Shown here in pieces: positions 63,664 to 64,000 of a stretch of 64,000 bases of DNA. This DNA comes from Mucilaginibacter sp. GTDB taxonomy: Bacteria > Bacteroidota > Bacteroidia > Sphingobacteriales > Sphingobacteriaceae. Numbering within the stretch: the stretch's first letter is position 1; every line of letters begins with the position of its first letter. The translations under genes were made by a program, and so were the position numbers. The notes below the pieces were generated by a model. The model saw only the letters and a list, made by a program, of their open reading frames with translations. It ran no database searches and was not told the origin of the DNA. The stretch covers positions 17,306 through 81,305 of the forward strand of contig DASZVE010000015.1 in assembly GCA_035547095.1 (NCBI GenBank). The letters run 5' to 3'.

Positions 63664-63701
63664 CTCTTTCGGACTTATGCGGACTTCCCGACTTTCAGAC
63701 T
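63664..63701 (-). repeat. GTCCGRAA-type element (reverse orientation on plus, sense for the minus-strand gene at 63797)
   Basis: The sequence reads ctctttcggacttatgcggacttcccgactttcagact. Confidence 0.8.
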
Positions 63702-63739
63702 AAAATAATTTCAATTCGTTCAGTTAATAAACCTAAGGA

Positions 63740-63773
63740 GAGCCGGGCCGCGAAAGTGGCTCGGTTTGTTTTT
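63740..63773 (+). terminator. Candidate gltBD terminator
   Basis: A 6-bp stem (gagccg / tggctc, incl. one G-T pair) with an 11-nt loop, followed by ggtttgttttt. Confidence 0.5.
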
Positions 63774-63796
63774 ATAAGCGTCGCAGAATGATCCGA

Positions 63797-64000
63797 TTAA
63801 ATGACGTTGGTTCCCGGTTTATTCGCTAATGTCTCAATGCTCATATTTTCAAATAGTTGTATCAACTGACTTTTGATCAATTTATATTGAGCGTGCATCG
63901 CACACGGCTTAGTTTCCGAACATTCAGCTAAGCCGACGATGCATTTTACAAGAACTTCGTCTTCCTTCATAGCGGTTAAAACTGAACGGATCGGCATTTG
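63797..64000 (-). CDS. Rrf2-family transcriptional regulator, C-terminal part (N-terminus outside the window)
   Basis: The three-Cys pattern is C...CSETKPC, in VKCIVGLAECSETKPCAMHAQY. The frame is open to the window edge. Confidence 0.55.
   Translation of the reverse strand, partial: QMPIRSVLTAMKEDEVLVKCIVGLAECSETKPCAMHAQYKLIKSQLIQLFENMSIETLANKPGTNVI

Noticed and set aside
1-64000. Mobile genetic element genes (transposase, integrase, phage structural genes), toxin-antitoxin pairs, restriction-modification or other known defence systems
   Set aside because: No translated ORF in the track shows DDE, tyrosine/serine recombinase, terminase, capsid or nuclease/methylase motifs that I recognise. 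Fic is the only toxin-like domain, and it has its own inhibitory motif rather than a partner gene.

Overview
The window holds about 60 protein-coding genes from a Bacteroidota chromosome. It looks Sphingobacteriaceae-like (GldC, a T9SS C-terminal sorting domain, TAnnTTTG-type promoter boxes). I recognised no rRNA, tRNA, CRISPR array, transposase or integrase. The recognisable content is housekeeping: a complete his operon (hisG-D-C-B-H-A-F-IE, minus strand, 54879 to 47384), gltBD, dnaJ-grpE, ftsE, a fragmented System I cytochrome c maturation set (ccmB ... ccmCD ... ccmEF), gdh, pyrC, fdx-iscX, kdsC, maf, gmhB, an M1 peptidase, an ABC exporter pair, a Fic protein and a 1164-aa T9SS substrate. 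Three kinds of observation stand out. (1) The non-coding DNA is unusual. Many spacers are filled by short tandem arrays of a locus-specific 7- or 8-nt word, often followed by the complementary array. There are also several dispersed element families. One is a 36-nt GC-rich hairpin with a mirror-repeat purine tail that covaries in three segments. Another is a 75-nt hairpin element flanking hisF on both sides. The others are NNAAAGG heptad arrays and a GTCCGRAA-type element. (2) A 19-codon His-rich leader ORF (6 His in 9 codons) lies upstream of hisG and is absent from the ORF track. (3) Several gene modules deserve a second look: an Lgt-like/radical-SAM/small-membrane-protein operon, a diheme DUF1111-Rieske-porin block inserted in the ccm cluster, a gldC-membrane protein-cheR operon, an AT-rich orphan gene flanked by a duplicated ccmF 3-prime end, and a Fic gene bracketed by a perfect 18-bp inverted repeat. 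All functional calls come from motif recognition by eye. No database search was run.
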